64,000 nt of DNA from contig CAXHJY010000449.1 in NCBI GenBank assembly GCA_964016885.1, forward strand, positions 62,001 to 126,000, written 5' to 3'. The number at the start of each line of letters is the position of its first letter. Position 1 is the first letter of the stretch. The stretch is from Eledone cirrhosa. Lineage: Eukaryota. Positions 1 through 11,776 of the stretch are shown here, in pieces. Under the pieces are notes generated by a model. That model had not been told where the DNA came from. It saw only the letters and a program-made list of their open reading frames with translations, and did not search any database. The position numbers and the translations under genes were made by a program.

Positions 1-2743
1 TCTTTTGGACTACGTCCTAGTCAGGATGCGTGACAGACAGGATGTGCAGTGTGTTCGTGTTCTTCGTGGAGCTGAGTGCTGGACGGACCACCGCCTGGTA
101 CGCGCAAAAGTGAATCTAATCACCAAACGTAAAATCCGGGCTCCTGGTGTTACCCTGCCCAAAAGATTGAATGCTGCTCGTCTTAAGGATAAAAATGTGA
201 AGAGGACATTGGAAGAAGAGATGCAGGCTGCAGATCTTGGTGAGGATTGGCCGACCCTTAAAAAGTCGGTTTATGATGTAGGCAGACGTGTTCTGGGATT
301 GGTGCAGAGAAAACATCAGGACTGGTTTGATGAGAAAGATGTGCATATAGATGACTTGTTGGCTGATAAGAGGCGCGCTCTGTCACGCTACTTGACGGCA
401 AAACCACAGGAGAGGAATACGTTGCATGAGGAGCTCAGGGATGTAAAATCACGCGTTAGGCGGAGTCTTTCTCAGATGAAGGATCAGTGGTGGAGTGAGA
501 AGGCTGGTGAGATACAAACTGCGTCTGATTGCAATAACACAAAGCTGTTGTACAGTCTCTTGCGTGAGGTTTATGGACCGTCTTCTTCTCTGGTGACACC
601 GATTCGCAGCAAGGATGGCAAAGAACTTCTTCGTGACTCACAGGGAATTCTACGAAGGTGGCGAGAGCACTTTGATGATCTTTTGAATCAGCCGTCTGTC
701 GTCAGTGAAGATTTCCTCAATCTCATTCCGGAAAGTCCTGTGAAAGTAGCTCTCGCAGAACCTCCGACACTTGTGGAGGTTGCAGTGGCTATTTCGAAGC
801 TGAACAGTGGAAGATCTCCAGGTATGGATGGCATACATGCTGAGCTCCTACAATATGGTGGTGAGAGACTCCTGCAACATCTTCACTCTCTGTTTGGAAG
901 GATATGGGCTAATGAATCCGTGCCTGAGGACTGGAGAGATGCAGTAATGGTGGTCTTGTACAAGGGAAAGGGTAACAGGAATGATTGTGGGAACTACAGA
1001 GGTATATCATTGCTTTCTGTCGTGGGGAAAGTTTTATGTAGGGTGCTTCTGGACCGTCTGCTGACACACATTGCAGATTGTGTCCTTCCTGAAAGTCAAT
1101 CTGGTTTTCGTGTTGGACGCGGCACTACTGATATGATCTTCTCAGCTAGACAGCTCCAGGAGAAGTGCATTGAACAGGGCTTGGATCTGTATCAGGTTTT
1201 TGTCGATCTGACAAAGGCTTTCGATACTGTCAACAGAGATGCATTATGGAAGGTTCTCCAGAAACTTGGTTGCCCTGATAAGTTCCTTGCTTTAGTTAGG
1301 TCTTTCCATGACGACATGAAGGCTTGGGTTAATGTCGGAGGTAACATGTCGGAGCCTATCTCAGTAAAAAATGGAGTGAAACAGGGGGATATTCCAGCAC
1401 CGACCCTGTTTGCCATATACTTTGCAATGGTTTTCTGTATTGCATTCAGGAATTGCGAGCATGGTGTTTACATCCGATATCGAACCTCAGGCAGCATATT
1501 TAACATCAGGCGCTTTGCTGCGAAGACAAAAGTGTTTACATCGGTCATAAGAGACCTCTTGTATGCAGATGATTGCGATCTTGTAGCGCACACAGAGAGT
1601 GATATGCAGCACATTTTGAATGTATTTTCTGACGCTTGCACTGCCCTGGGTTTGACTGTCAGTCTCAAGAAAACCGTCGTCATGTACCAACCTGCACCTG
1701 GTAGGCAGTACACTGAACCAAACATCTATGTGTATGGCAAACGACTTGGAGTGGTTGATCAGTTTGTCTACCTGGGAAGCACTGTCAATCGATACGGCAA
1801 CCTTGACAGTGAAATCTCACTTAGGATTAGGAAAGCAAGTGATGCTTTCGGAAAGCTAGAAAGGCGACTCTGGGGTCGGCGAGACATATGCAGGAGGACA
1901 AAGGTAAGGGTGTACAGGGCATGTGTACTCTCTTGTCTTCTTTATGCCTGCGAGACCTGGGTCACATATCGACGCCACCTTAAGCAATTGGAGCGTTTCC
2001 ATCAGATGTGTCTCAGACGGATACATGGCGTTCGCTGGAGGGACCACATCAGTGATGTCGAGATTTTGGAAAGCTCTATGTGTGACAGTATAGAAGCTCT
2101 CGTGCTTAAGCAGCGACTCCGTTGGAGTGGTCACCTTGCCAGGATGAAGGATTCTAGAATACCAAAACAACTCTTCTATGGAGAGTTGGTTAAAGGAAAA
2201 CGACCGCCACATAAACCAAAAAAGAGGTATAAGGATTCCTTGAAAGCCTCTCTGAAAGACGCTAACATCTCTGCTGATACATGGGGAAATATTGCTGCTG
2301 ATCGTAATAAATGGAGAAAGACTGTATATGAGGGAAAAGTTGCCTTTGAGGCATCTCGAATCGCACACGAGAAAGTAAAGCGGGACGTGAGGAAGGGTAT
2401 TGCTGTTGCACTTCCAGACGGCGAGGGTCCTCCTATGTTTCTGACATGCAGCGTCTGTGCGAGACTCTGCCTAAGCAAAGCTGGACTCGAAAGTCATCTT
2501 CGCAGTCATAAAGTAAGACCAGTGGTTGACTACCAGGCTGCTGTTGGAGATGCTACTCATCATGCTTGCCAAACATGTGGTAGAGAATGTAAATCAGCAG
2601 GAGGACTCAAGCGACATGCAAAGGTACACGAACTCCAACCACAGCCGACTATTCCCAGTAAATGTTTTGGTTGCCGACTCTGTGCAAGACATTTTAGATC
2701 ATTGGCTGGGCTAAAAAGCCACATTCAATCGCAGCACTGTTAG
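1..2743 (+). mobile_element. RTE-clade non-LTR retrotransposon (LINE) ORF, 5' end outside the window: APE endonuclease C-terminus, reverse transcriptase, three C-terminal C2H2 zinc fingers
   Basis: 912-aa stop-free ORF. It has the APE-terminal motif DYVLV..TDHRLV; RT motifs SPGMDGI, NYRGISLLS, QSGFR, FVDLTKAFDTV, GVKQG and LYADD (nt 1562-1573); the RTE-type thumb RLRWSGHLARM; and fingers CxxC-x12-HxxxH twice plus CxxC-x12-HxxxxH (nt ~2447-2737). The stop is followed by (TG)n/(ATT)n. Confidence 0.95.
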
Positions 2744-2751
2744 TTGCTATC

Positions 2752-2860
2752 GTGTGTTTGTGTGTGTGTGTGTGTGTGTAGATATGCTTATGTGCGTGCG
2801 TGTGTGTGTATATATGAATATGTATATTATTATTGTTGTTGTCGTTATTATTATTATTGC

Positions 2861-2903
<43 letters not shown>

Positions 2904-3025
2904 GTTATTAATGTATGTGTGTATATATGTGTGAGTGTATGTGTATGTATGTGTGTGTGTATATATGTATGTATATGTATGTATGTGTGTGTGTATGTGT
3001 ATGTGTATATGTATATATATGTATA

Positions 3026-3070
<45 letters not shown>

Positions 3071-3076
3071 TTTCCC

Positions 3077-3114
<38 letters not shown>

Positions 3115-3490
3115 ATTATTATTATTTTTTTTTATTATTTTTTTTTTTTTTTATTTTTTTTTATTTTTTTTTTTTTTATTGTGCAATGGCCATACTCGAT
3201 AACGAGGGGGCAGCCATCATGTATGGATGTATCTACATGCGTATATGTATGTATATAAATATATATTACATATGTATGTGCGTATATATGTATGTATGGA
3301 GCCATAATTCCTAATAGGTGTCATGAACAATTTATTCCTGGCGGAGTTCACCCTTCTCCACATCTGAACACGGAATATTTCTTCCAGAGAGAGAGAATGG
3401 GAGAGAGACAGACAGACAGACAGAGAGAAAGAGAGAGAGAAAGACCGAGAGAGAGAGTGAGTGAGAGAGAGAGAAAGAGAGAGAGCAGGA
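2752..3490. repeat. Compound microsatellites (GT)n, (ATT)n, (AT)n, poly-T, (GA)n
   Basis: Directly visible simple repeats following the LINE stop codon. Confidence 0.9.
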
Positions 3491-3770
3491 AGGGCACAGA
3501 GGAAGCGACGAGAAAGATATTTGAAGTAAGACCCAACCCCAGTACTAAACTTTTTTTATCGACCTCAAAAGGATGAAAAACAAAGTTGATATCGGCGGGT
3601 TTTAAACAGAGAGACCAGAAAAAAAGGCCTTTCCTCATTAAAAAATTTAAATTTAAATTTAGCATAGCAGCACGGCGTAACATTCAATTGTTAGTTAATT
3701 AATTAAATTACATCATCCACTGATTAATCAATTCAAGACAGCTGGGCAGTATCTACGTGGCTAACTAATC

Positions 3771-4530
3771 GGCTAGAAATAGCAGTAAACTTACCTATAT
3801 AAATTGTTGTATGAGGACACTATATAACGTAGTCCGAGGTACATTGTGTCAGGACATTATATAACGTAGTCCTAGGTACATTGTGCCTGAATATAAGACA
3901 GATAGAAAAACATTTGATAATATAAATCTAGATATACTGCTGTGTCAGGTCACACTATATAACGTAGTCCTAGATACATTGTGTCAGGGCACATCTAATA
4001 ACGTAGTCCTAGATACACTGAACATAAAATAGGACACATTTGATAATGTAATCTTAGATACACTATGTCTGAATAAAAAACAGGATACGTTAGATAATGT
4101 AATCCTAGATACATTATATCTGAGTCTGAATAAAAGACAGGACACATTAGATAATGTAATTCTAGATACACTATGCCTGAATAAAAGATAGGGTATGTTA
4201 GACAATGTAATCGTAGATACACTATGTCTGAATAAAAAAACAGAGTACGTTAGATAATATAATCCTAGATACACTATATCTAAATGCAGGATATATTTGA
4301 TAATGTAGTCCTAGATACACTATGTATAAAATGCAGGACACAGATAATCTAGCGCTAGATACACTATGTCTGAATAAAAACCAAGACACGCTAGATCAGG
4401 TATTCCTAGATACGTTATATCTGAATTAAAAAAATAAAGGAAAAGGTGTAGTCACGGTTGGAACGTCTCAGCTCATAGATCTGCTGGATCATGACTGACG
4501 TGATGTAGAGTAACCATAACAACAACAACA
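3771..4530 (+). mobile_element. Dispersed SINE-like element (second family) with an internally amplified ~51-bp minisatellite and a (CAA)n tail
   Basis: Unit ~TTAGATAATGTAATCCTAGATACACTATGTCTGAATAAAAAACAGGATACG repeated about 12 times. The head (CTAGAAATAGC) and tail (GTCACGGTTGGAACG...AACAACAAC) recur inverted at 59450-60295, and a tail fragment occurs at ~52080-52155. Confidence 0.6.
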
Positions 4531-4699
4531 TTAACACTAATTAATTATTCATTAATTAACAAGAGCAGTAAATCACACCTAGAGGGAGAAAGCCGGTTAA
4601 ACAACAACGACTACAACAACAGCAACAACACTAATTTGCTAATGAATTAATTATCAGTACTTAAAAGAACGTGTACGTTGAAACGTGTTTATGTATTAA

Positions 4700-5292
4700 T
4701 GGTGTTGCTATTGTTGTTGTTATTGTTGTTGTTGCTGAACTGTGATGCTGAGCTGCTGTGTTGCTGCTGCTGTTGTTGCTGCTGCCGTTGCTGCTGTGTT
4801 GGTGTTGTTGCTGCAGTTGCTGTTATTGCTTTTGTTGCTGAGCTGTGCTGATATGTTGGTATTGTTGCTGCTGTTGTTGAGCTCTGCTGCTGTTGCTGAT
4901 GTTGCTATTGTTTTTGTTGCTGGGCTGTGATGCTGAGCTGCTGTGATGCTGAGCTGCTGTGTTGCTGAGCTGTGTTGCTGCTGTTGTTGCTTTTGTTGCT
5001 GCTGTTGCTGATGTTGCTATTGTTTTTGTTGCTGGGCTGTGATGCTGAGCTGCTGTGATGCTGAGCTGTGTTGCTGAGCTGTGTTGCTGCTGTTGTTGCT
5101 TTTGTTGCTGCTGTTGCTGATGTTGCTATTGTTTTTGTTGCTGGGCTGTGATGCTAAGCTGCTGTGTTGCTGCTGTTGTTGCTTTTCTTGCTGCTGTTAT
5201 TGCTGCCGCTGTTGCTGATGTTACTATTGTTGCTGCTGTTGTTTTTGTTGCTGAGCTGTGTTGCAGTTGTTGCAGTTGTTGCTGAGCTGAGT
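4700..5292. repeat. Degenerate (GTT/GCT)n trinucleotide array with higher-order repeats
   Basis: Visible GTT/GCT repeats with recurring blocks such as GCTGGGCTGTGATGCTGAGCT. Confidence 0.85.
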
Positions 5293-5559
5293 TGCAGGCA
5301 TTGGTATAGCATTGGTGTAGATCCTTCTAAAAACTTATCATTTGCTATCTGTGACGTCATTAGTCGTCTACATTAACCCTTTCGATACCAAACCGTCCAA
5401 GAAAGATCTCTCGATCTAATCAAACCAAACCTATATAAAATTAAAAACCTTTCAACATAATTCGACATAAGATCCTTTAGTTAAGTAATGTTACAAATAA
5501 CGTCTTAGTTCTTTAAATATTAAAGTGTCTTTTGCGGTTATGAAGGGAAAGGAAAGGTC

Positions 5560-6015
5560 TCTAGTGTCACAGAAGAATAGGGAGGAGGAAAGGGGGAGGT
5601 TGATGGGCTCTGAGCCTCGGGCGAGGCTCCTTCTTCAGACGGGCTGCTGTTATTCCAATTTTACAAAGGAGGAAGGATTCATGGAAGAAGTGTCATGGGA
5701 GTAGTGAATTCATAAGCGGTCCACAAAAAACCCGCATGTATATCCCGAACGAGGGGGAAAAAACGTCCTGTTTGCCGCAGATTCTCCACAGACGCAGAGA
5801 CAGAAACGACCCGAGGCCGCCGGTTGCCGGAGCAGACACCTCTTGGATTTTCACCAGAGCCCCTTTTTGCCGGGCTGCGGCCCTAATACCGCTGGGTGCC
5901 AGACCAATCCGCCCTGGGTGACCCTACCAGGAACCGAAGTTCCCGACGGCATAACTCTGACACTACCCGTTGCCACCACCCTGCCACATTGAGGAGGGGT
6001 TGGACTTTAGGTTGG
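5560..6015 (-). mobile_element. GC-rich dispersed repeat, probably the 5' UTR of an RTE (Expander/Rex3-like) LINE
   Basis: The minus strand carries GTTATGCCGTCGGGAACTTCGGTTCCTGGTAGGGTCACCCAGGGC, which resembles my recollection of RTE/Expander 5' leaders. The segment CTCCTTTGTAAAATTGGAATAACAGCAGCCCGTCTGAAGAAGGAGCC has a homolog on + at ~56075-56125. Confidence 0.45.
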
Positions 6016-6342
6016 ACTAAAGGAGGGCAGCTGTATAGGATTCGATGTACGGGGTCAATCTTAATAGTGAAACAATAACTTTAGTATATCCCTCTAAAAT
6101 CTTTAATTAATTAGAATACAGTCTATTTCATTGGAAATATGGTTATAAATGAGTTAATGGTGGTGTTACAGATAGTGGCAGAGTATGGTATCGTGGTTGG
6201 CCCTTCTGGTAACTACGAGTGATGGCTATCTGTGAGGTCATTATTTGCTGTCCATATTAACGATGATGTTGTTGCTTGACCCTCCTGGTAACTACTAGCC
6301 GGTGGCGACAGTAACGGCTGTATATTAATGTCCTTGTTACAG

Positions 6343-6526
6343 GGCGGTGGATTGGCAGTATCGGTAGAAGGTAGGACGCCATGCTTTCCAGCATAGTTAC
6401 GCCCCTTTACGATCTGAGTTCAAATCCCGCCGAGGTTGACTTTGCCTTTCATCCTTACGGGGTCGATAAAATAAAGTACCAGTAATGCACTGGGTGATTG
6501 CTGGCCTTGTGCCTATAGTAGAAACA
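6343..6526 (+). mobile_element. tRNA-derived SINE with an 18-bp target-site duplication
   Basis: Pol III A-box-like TGGCAGTATCGGTAG, B-box GAGTTCAAATCCC and body TTGCCTTTCATCCTTACGGGGTCGATAAAATAAAGTACCAG. ATTAATGTCCTTGTTACA is duplicated at 6324-6341 and 6527-6544. Confidence 0.9.
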
Positions 6527-6624
6527 ATTAATGTCCTTGTTACAAATACTAACATGGTATAATGGTTGACCCTTCCAGTACCTTCTAGCCGGTGGCTAGC
6601 TGTGACGTCATTAATTGCTGTCTA

Positions 6625-9014
6625 TACAGGGTATCTCAAAAAAAATGTATACACACTTCAACAGCATTCTAATAAATATTGCCTCTCCGTATATTGTATG
6701 TATATATTGTATGTATATATTGTATGTATATATTGTTTGTATATATTGTGTGTATATATTGTTTGTATATATTGTATGTATATATTGTATGTATATATTG
6801 TATGTATATATTGTTTGTATATATTGTTTGTATATATTGTTTGTATATATTGTTTGTATATATTGTATGTATATATTGTTTGTATATATTGTATGTATAT
6901 ATTGTATGTATATATTGTTTGTATATATTGTGTGTATATATTGTATGTATATATTGTTTGTATATATTGTATGTATATATTGTATGTATATATTGTTTGT
7001 ATATATTGTATGTATATATTGTTTGTATATATTGTTTGTATATATTGTATGTATATATTGTTTGTATATATTGTATGTATATATTGTATGTATATATTGT
7101 TTGTATATATTGTATGTATATATTGTATGTATATATTGTTTGTATATATTGTATGTATATATTGTTTGTATATATTGTATGTATATATTGTGTGTATATA
7201 TTGTTTGTATATATTGTATGTATATATTGTATGTATATATTGTTTGTATATATTGTATGTATATATTGTATGTATATATTGTATGTATATATTGTATTTA
7301 TATATTGTTTGTATATATTGTGTGTATATATTGTTTGTATATATTGTTTGTATATATTGTATGTATATATTGTATGTATATATTGTATGTATATATTGTA
7401 TGTATATATTGTTTGTATATATTGTATGTATATATTGTATGTATATATTGTATGTATATATTGTTTGTACATATTGTATGTATATATTGTTTGTACATAT
7501 TGTTTGTATATATTGTTTGTATATATTGTATGTATATATTGTATGTATATATTGTATGTATATATTGTATGTATATATTGTATGTATATATGTTATGTAT
7601 ATATTGTATGTATATATTGTATGTATATATGTTATGTTTATATTGTATGTATATATGTTATGTATATATTTTATGTATATATTGTATGTATATATTGTAT
7701 GTATATATTGTGTGTATATATTGTATGTATATATTGTTTGTACATATTGTTTGTATATATTGTATGTATATATTGTATGTATATATTGTATGTATATATT
7801 GCATGTTTGTATATATTGTATTTATATATTGTTTGTATATATTGTATGTATATATTGTATGTATATATTTTATGTATATATTGTATGTATATATTGCATG
7901 TTTGTATATATTGTATTTATATATTGTTTGTATATATTGTTTGTATATATTGTATGTATATATTGTATGTATATATTGTATGTATATATTGTATGTATAT
8001 ATTGTATGTATATATTGTTTGTATATATTGTTTGTATATATTGTATGTATATATTGTTTGTATATATTGTATGTATATATTGTTTGTATATATTGTATGT
8101 ATATATTGTACGTATATATTGTTTGTATATATTGTTTGTATATATTGTGTGTATATATTGTTTGTATATATTGTATGTATATATTGTATGTATATATTGT
8201 TTGTATATATTGTATGTATATATTGTTTGTATATATTGTATGTATATATTGTTTGTACATATTGTTTGTATATATTGTATGTATATATAGTATGTTTGTA
8301 TATATTGTATTTATATATTGTTTGTATATATTGTATGTATATATTGTTTGTATATATTGTTTGTATATATTGTTTGTATATATTGTATGTATATATTGTT
8401 TGTATATATTGTATGTATATATTGTTTGTACATATTGTTTGTATATATTGTTTGTATATATTGTATGTATATATTGTATGTATATATTGTTTGTATATAT
8501 TGTATGTATATATTGTTTGTACATATTGTTTGTATATATTGTATGTATATATTGTATGTATATATTGTTTGTATATATTGTATGTATATATTGTTTGTAC
8601 ATATTGTATGTATATATTGTTTGTATATATTGTTTGTATATATTGTATGTATATATTGTTTGTATATATTGTTTGTATATATTGTTTGTATATATTGTAT
8701 GTATATATTGTTTGTACATATTGTTTGTATATATTGTATGTATATATTGTTTGTATATATTGTTTGTATATATTGTATGTATATATTGTTTGTATATATT
8801 GTATGTATATATTGTATGTATATATTGTTTGTATATATTGTTTGTATATATTGTGTGTACATATTGTTTGTATATATTGTATGTATATATTGTATGTATA
8901 TATTGTATGTATATATTGTTTGTATTACTTGTTTACCTGTTCCAGCCATCCGGCTGAGGCCATGCTGGGGCACCGCTCTATTGTATGTATATATTTGGGG
9001 GGTGGCACCCTATA
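6625..9014. mobile_element. Tc1/mariner-type MITE interrupted by a 2.2-kb minisatellite
   Basis: Left end TACAGGGTATCTCAAAAAAAATGTATACACACTT and right end ...TTTGGGGGGTGGCACCCTATA. Intact ~105-bp family members occur at 17069-17173 and 34388-34491. Confidence 0.6.
6689..8925. repeat. 13-bp minisatellite (TATATATTGTWTG), about 170 copies
   Basis: The 13-aa periodicity in translation equals 3 x 13 nt. One position varies between A, T and G. Confidence 0.95.
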
Positions 9015-9379
9015 TTAACGATGTTCTTGTTGTTACAGATACTAGCATGGTATCATGGTTGGCCCTTCCAGTAACTTCTAGCCAGTGGCTAGCTGTGACG
9101 TCATTAAAATGTGTGTAGTAACGTTGTTGTTGTTGCTTGACACTTCCGGTAACTTCTAGCCAGTGGCTAGCTGTGACGTCATTAAAATGTGTGTAGTAAC
9201 GTTGTTGTTGTTGCTTGACCCTTCCGGTAACTTCTAGCCAGTGGCTAGCTGTGACGTCATTAAAATGTGTGTAGTAACGTTGTTGTTGTTGCTTGACCCT
9301 TCCGGTAACTTCTAGCCAGTGGCTAGCTGTGACGTCATTAAAATGTGTGTAGTAACGATATATATTTTTGTTGTTACAG

Positions 9380-9591
9380 ATACTGGCATGGTATTGTTGT
9401 TGACCCTTCCGGAAACTTCTACTATCGGTGGCTAGCTGTGACGTCAGTGGCCGTAGTCTATAATATCCTCCTAATAGTGGCTCGCTCGGCCTTCGGAGAA
9501 CTCCAACGGAAGTATGTCGCCTTATGGATTACACTGGACTATCTCAGTGACCTGGTTTACCTTATAGACATGGGTGTCAGATTAAAAACAG
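9380..9591 (+). CDS. CNGA: Cyclic-nucleotide-gated channel alpha subunit, internal coding exon (S1-S2)
   Basis: Acceptor TTGTTACAG (AG 9378-9379) and donor G|GTAAGT (GT 9592-9593). Encodes YWHGIVVDPSGNFYYRWL...WITLDYLSDLVYLIDMGVRLKT, the CNGA S1-S2 signature. Phase is compatible with the next exon (TG|YLEHG). Confidence 0.93.
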
Positions 9592-9659
9592 GTAAGTGGT
9601 GGTTACCTGTTGTGGTGGAGGAGGCGGTGGTGGAGCGGGCGGGCGGGAGAGAAAGGATA

Positions 9660-9880
9660 GTGTGTGAGAGAGGGTAGAGAAAGAGAGAGAGGGGGGATAG
9701 TGAGAGAGAGAGGGGGTATATATATAGAGAGAGAGAGGATAGAGAGAGGGATAGAATAGAGTGAGAGAGAATATATATATATATAGAGAGAGAGAGAGAA
9801 TCAGAGAGACAGAGAATGAGAAAGAATGAGACAGAGATAGAATGAGAGAGAGAGAGAATGAGAAAGAATGAGAGAGAGAG

Positions 9881-9928
<48 letters not shown>

Positions 9929-9980
9929 AAAAAATGAGAGAGAGAGAGAATGAGAAAGAATGAGAGAGAGAATGATAAAG

Positions 9981-10038
<58 letters not shown>

Positions 10039-10186
10039 AAAAAATGAGAGAGAGAATGAGAAAGAATGAGAGAGAGAGAGAATGAGAAAAAATGAGAGAG
10101 AGAGAGAATGAGAAAAAATGAGAGAGAGAGAATGAGAAAGAATGAGAGAGAGAATGAGAAAGAATGAGAGAAAGAGAATGAGAAAG

Positions 10187-10244
<58 letters not shown>

Positions 10245-10579
10245 AAAAAATGAGAGAGAGAGAGAATGAGAAAGAATGAGAGAGAGAGAGAATGAGAAAA
10301 AATGAGAGAGAGAGAGAATGAGAAAAAATGAGAGAGAGAGAATGAGAAAGAATGAGAGAGAGAATGAGAAAGAATGAGAGAAAGAGAATGAGAAAGAATG
10401 AGAGAGAGAGAGAATGATAAAAAATGAGAGAGAGAGAGAATGAGAAAGAATGAGAGAGAGAGAGGGAATGAGAAATAATGAGAGAGAGAGAGAATGAGAA
10501 AGAATGAGAGAGAGAATGAGAAAGAATGAGAGAGAGAGAGAATGAGAAAGAATGAGAGAGAGAGAGAATGAGAAAGAAT

Positions 10580-10610
<31 letters not shown>

Positions 10611-11672
10611 AAAAAATGAGACAGAGAGAGAATGAGAGAGAGAGAGAATGAGAAAGAATGAGAGAGAGAGATAATGAGAGAGAATGAGAGAGAGAGAGAA
10701 TGAGAAAGAATGAGAGAGAGAGAGAATGAGAAAGAATGAGAGAGAGAGAGAATGAGAAAGAATGAGAGAGAGAGAGAGAATGAGAAAGAAAGAGAATGAG
10801 AAAGAATGAGAGAGAGAGAGAATGAGAAAGACTGAGAGACAGAGAGAATGAGAAAGAATGAGAGAGAGAGAGAGAATGAGAGAGGGAGAGAATGAGAAAG
10901 AATGAGAGAGAGAGAATGAGAGAGAGAGAGAATGAGAAAGAATGAGAGAGAGAGAGAATGAGAAAGAATGAGAGAGAGAGAGAATGAGAGAGAGAGAGAA
11001 TGAGAAAGAATGAGAGAGAGAGAGAGAATGAGAACGAATGAGAGAGAGAGAGAGAATGAGAAAGAATGAGAGAGAGAGAGAGAGAGAGAGAATGAGAAAG
11101 AATGAGAGAGAGAGAGAATGAGAAAGAATGAGAGAGAGAGAGAATGAGAAAGAATGAGAGAGAGAGAGAGAATGAGAACGAATGAGAGAGAGAGAGAATG
11201 AGAAAGAATGAGAGAGAGAGAGAGAGAGAGAATGAGAAAGAATGAGAGAGAGAGAGAATGAGAAAGAATGAGAGAGAGAGAGAATGAGAAAGAATGAGAG
11301 AGAGAATGAGAAAGAATGAGAGAGAGAGAAAGAGAAAGAATGAGAGAGAGAGAATGAGAAAGAATGAGAGAGAGAGAAAGAGAAATAATGAGAGAGAGAG
11401 AGAATGAGAAAGAATGAGAGAGAGAATGAGAAAGAAAGAGAGAGAGAATGAGAAAGAATGAGAGAGAGAGAGAATGAGAAAGAATGAGAGAGAGAGAGAA
11501 TGAGAAAGAATGAGACAGAGAGAGAATGAGAAAGAATGAGAGAGAGAGAGAATGAGAAAGAATGAGAGAGAGAAAGAATGAGAAAGAATGAGAGAGAGAG
11601 AGATAATGAGAAAGAATGAGAAAGAATGAGAGAGAGAGAGAATGAGAAAGAATGAGAGAGAATAGTGTGAGA
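9660..11672. repeat. Intronic purine-rich satellite (GAATGAGAAAGAATGAGAGAGA..)n
   Basis: About 2 kb of almost pure polypurine with recurring GAAT. Confidence 0.95.
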
Positions 11673-11776
11673 GAGGTAACCGATGGAATTAATTTAAGTG
11701 TATTTCTCAAATATATTCAACTAAAACAATAAAAAGAACTTCATACCAGTAATTCTCTTTTTATTTTACTTGACAG

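Larger units (their letters stand above)
5291..9358 (+). repeat. Dispersed and tandem degenerate copies of the CNG exon acceptor and 5' part (5291-5370, 6163-6250, 6262-6320, 6531-6622, 9022-9120, and 78-bp units 9121-9358)
   Basis: Each copy aligns to TTGTTACAG|ATACTGGCATGGTATTGTTGTTGACCCTTCCGGAAACTTCTACTATCGGTGGCTAGCTGTGACGTCA of the real exon (9371-9446). All contain stops or frameshifts. Confidence 0.85.

Noticed and set aside
2447-2743. Host C2H2 zinc-finger transcription factor
   Set aside because: The fingers are in frame with the LINE RT and lack TGEKP linkers.
6343-6435. tRNA-like heads of the SINE copies as tRNA genes
   Set aside because: A/B boxes are present, but there is no clean cloverleaf or acceptor stem, and each head is fused to a SINE body.
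6566-9118. Long ORFs of 570-780 aa (YIVCIYC..)
   Set aside because: These are translations of a stop-free 13-bp minisatellite, open in several frames on both strands.
9557-11710. 717-aa minus-strand Ser/Leu ORF
   Set aside because: It is a translation of an intronic GA satellite.
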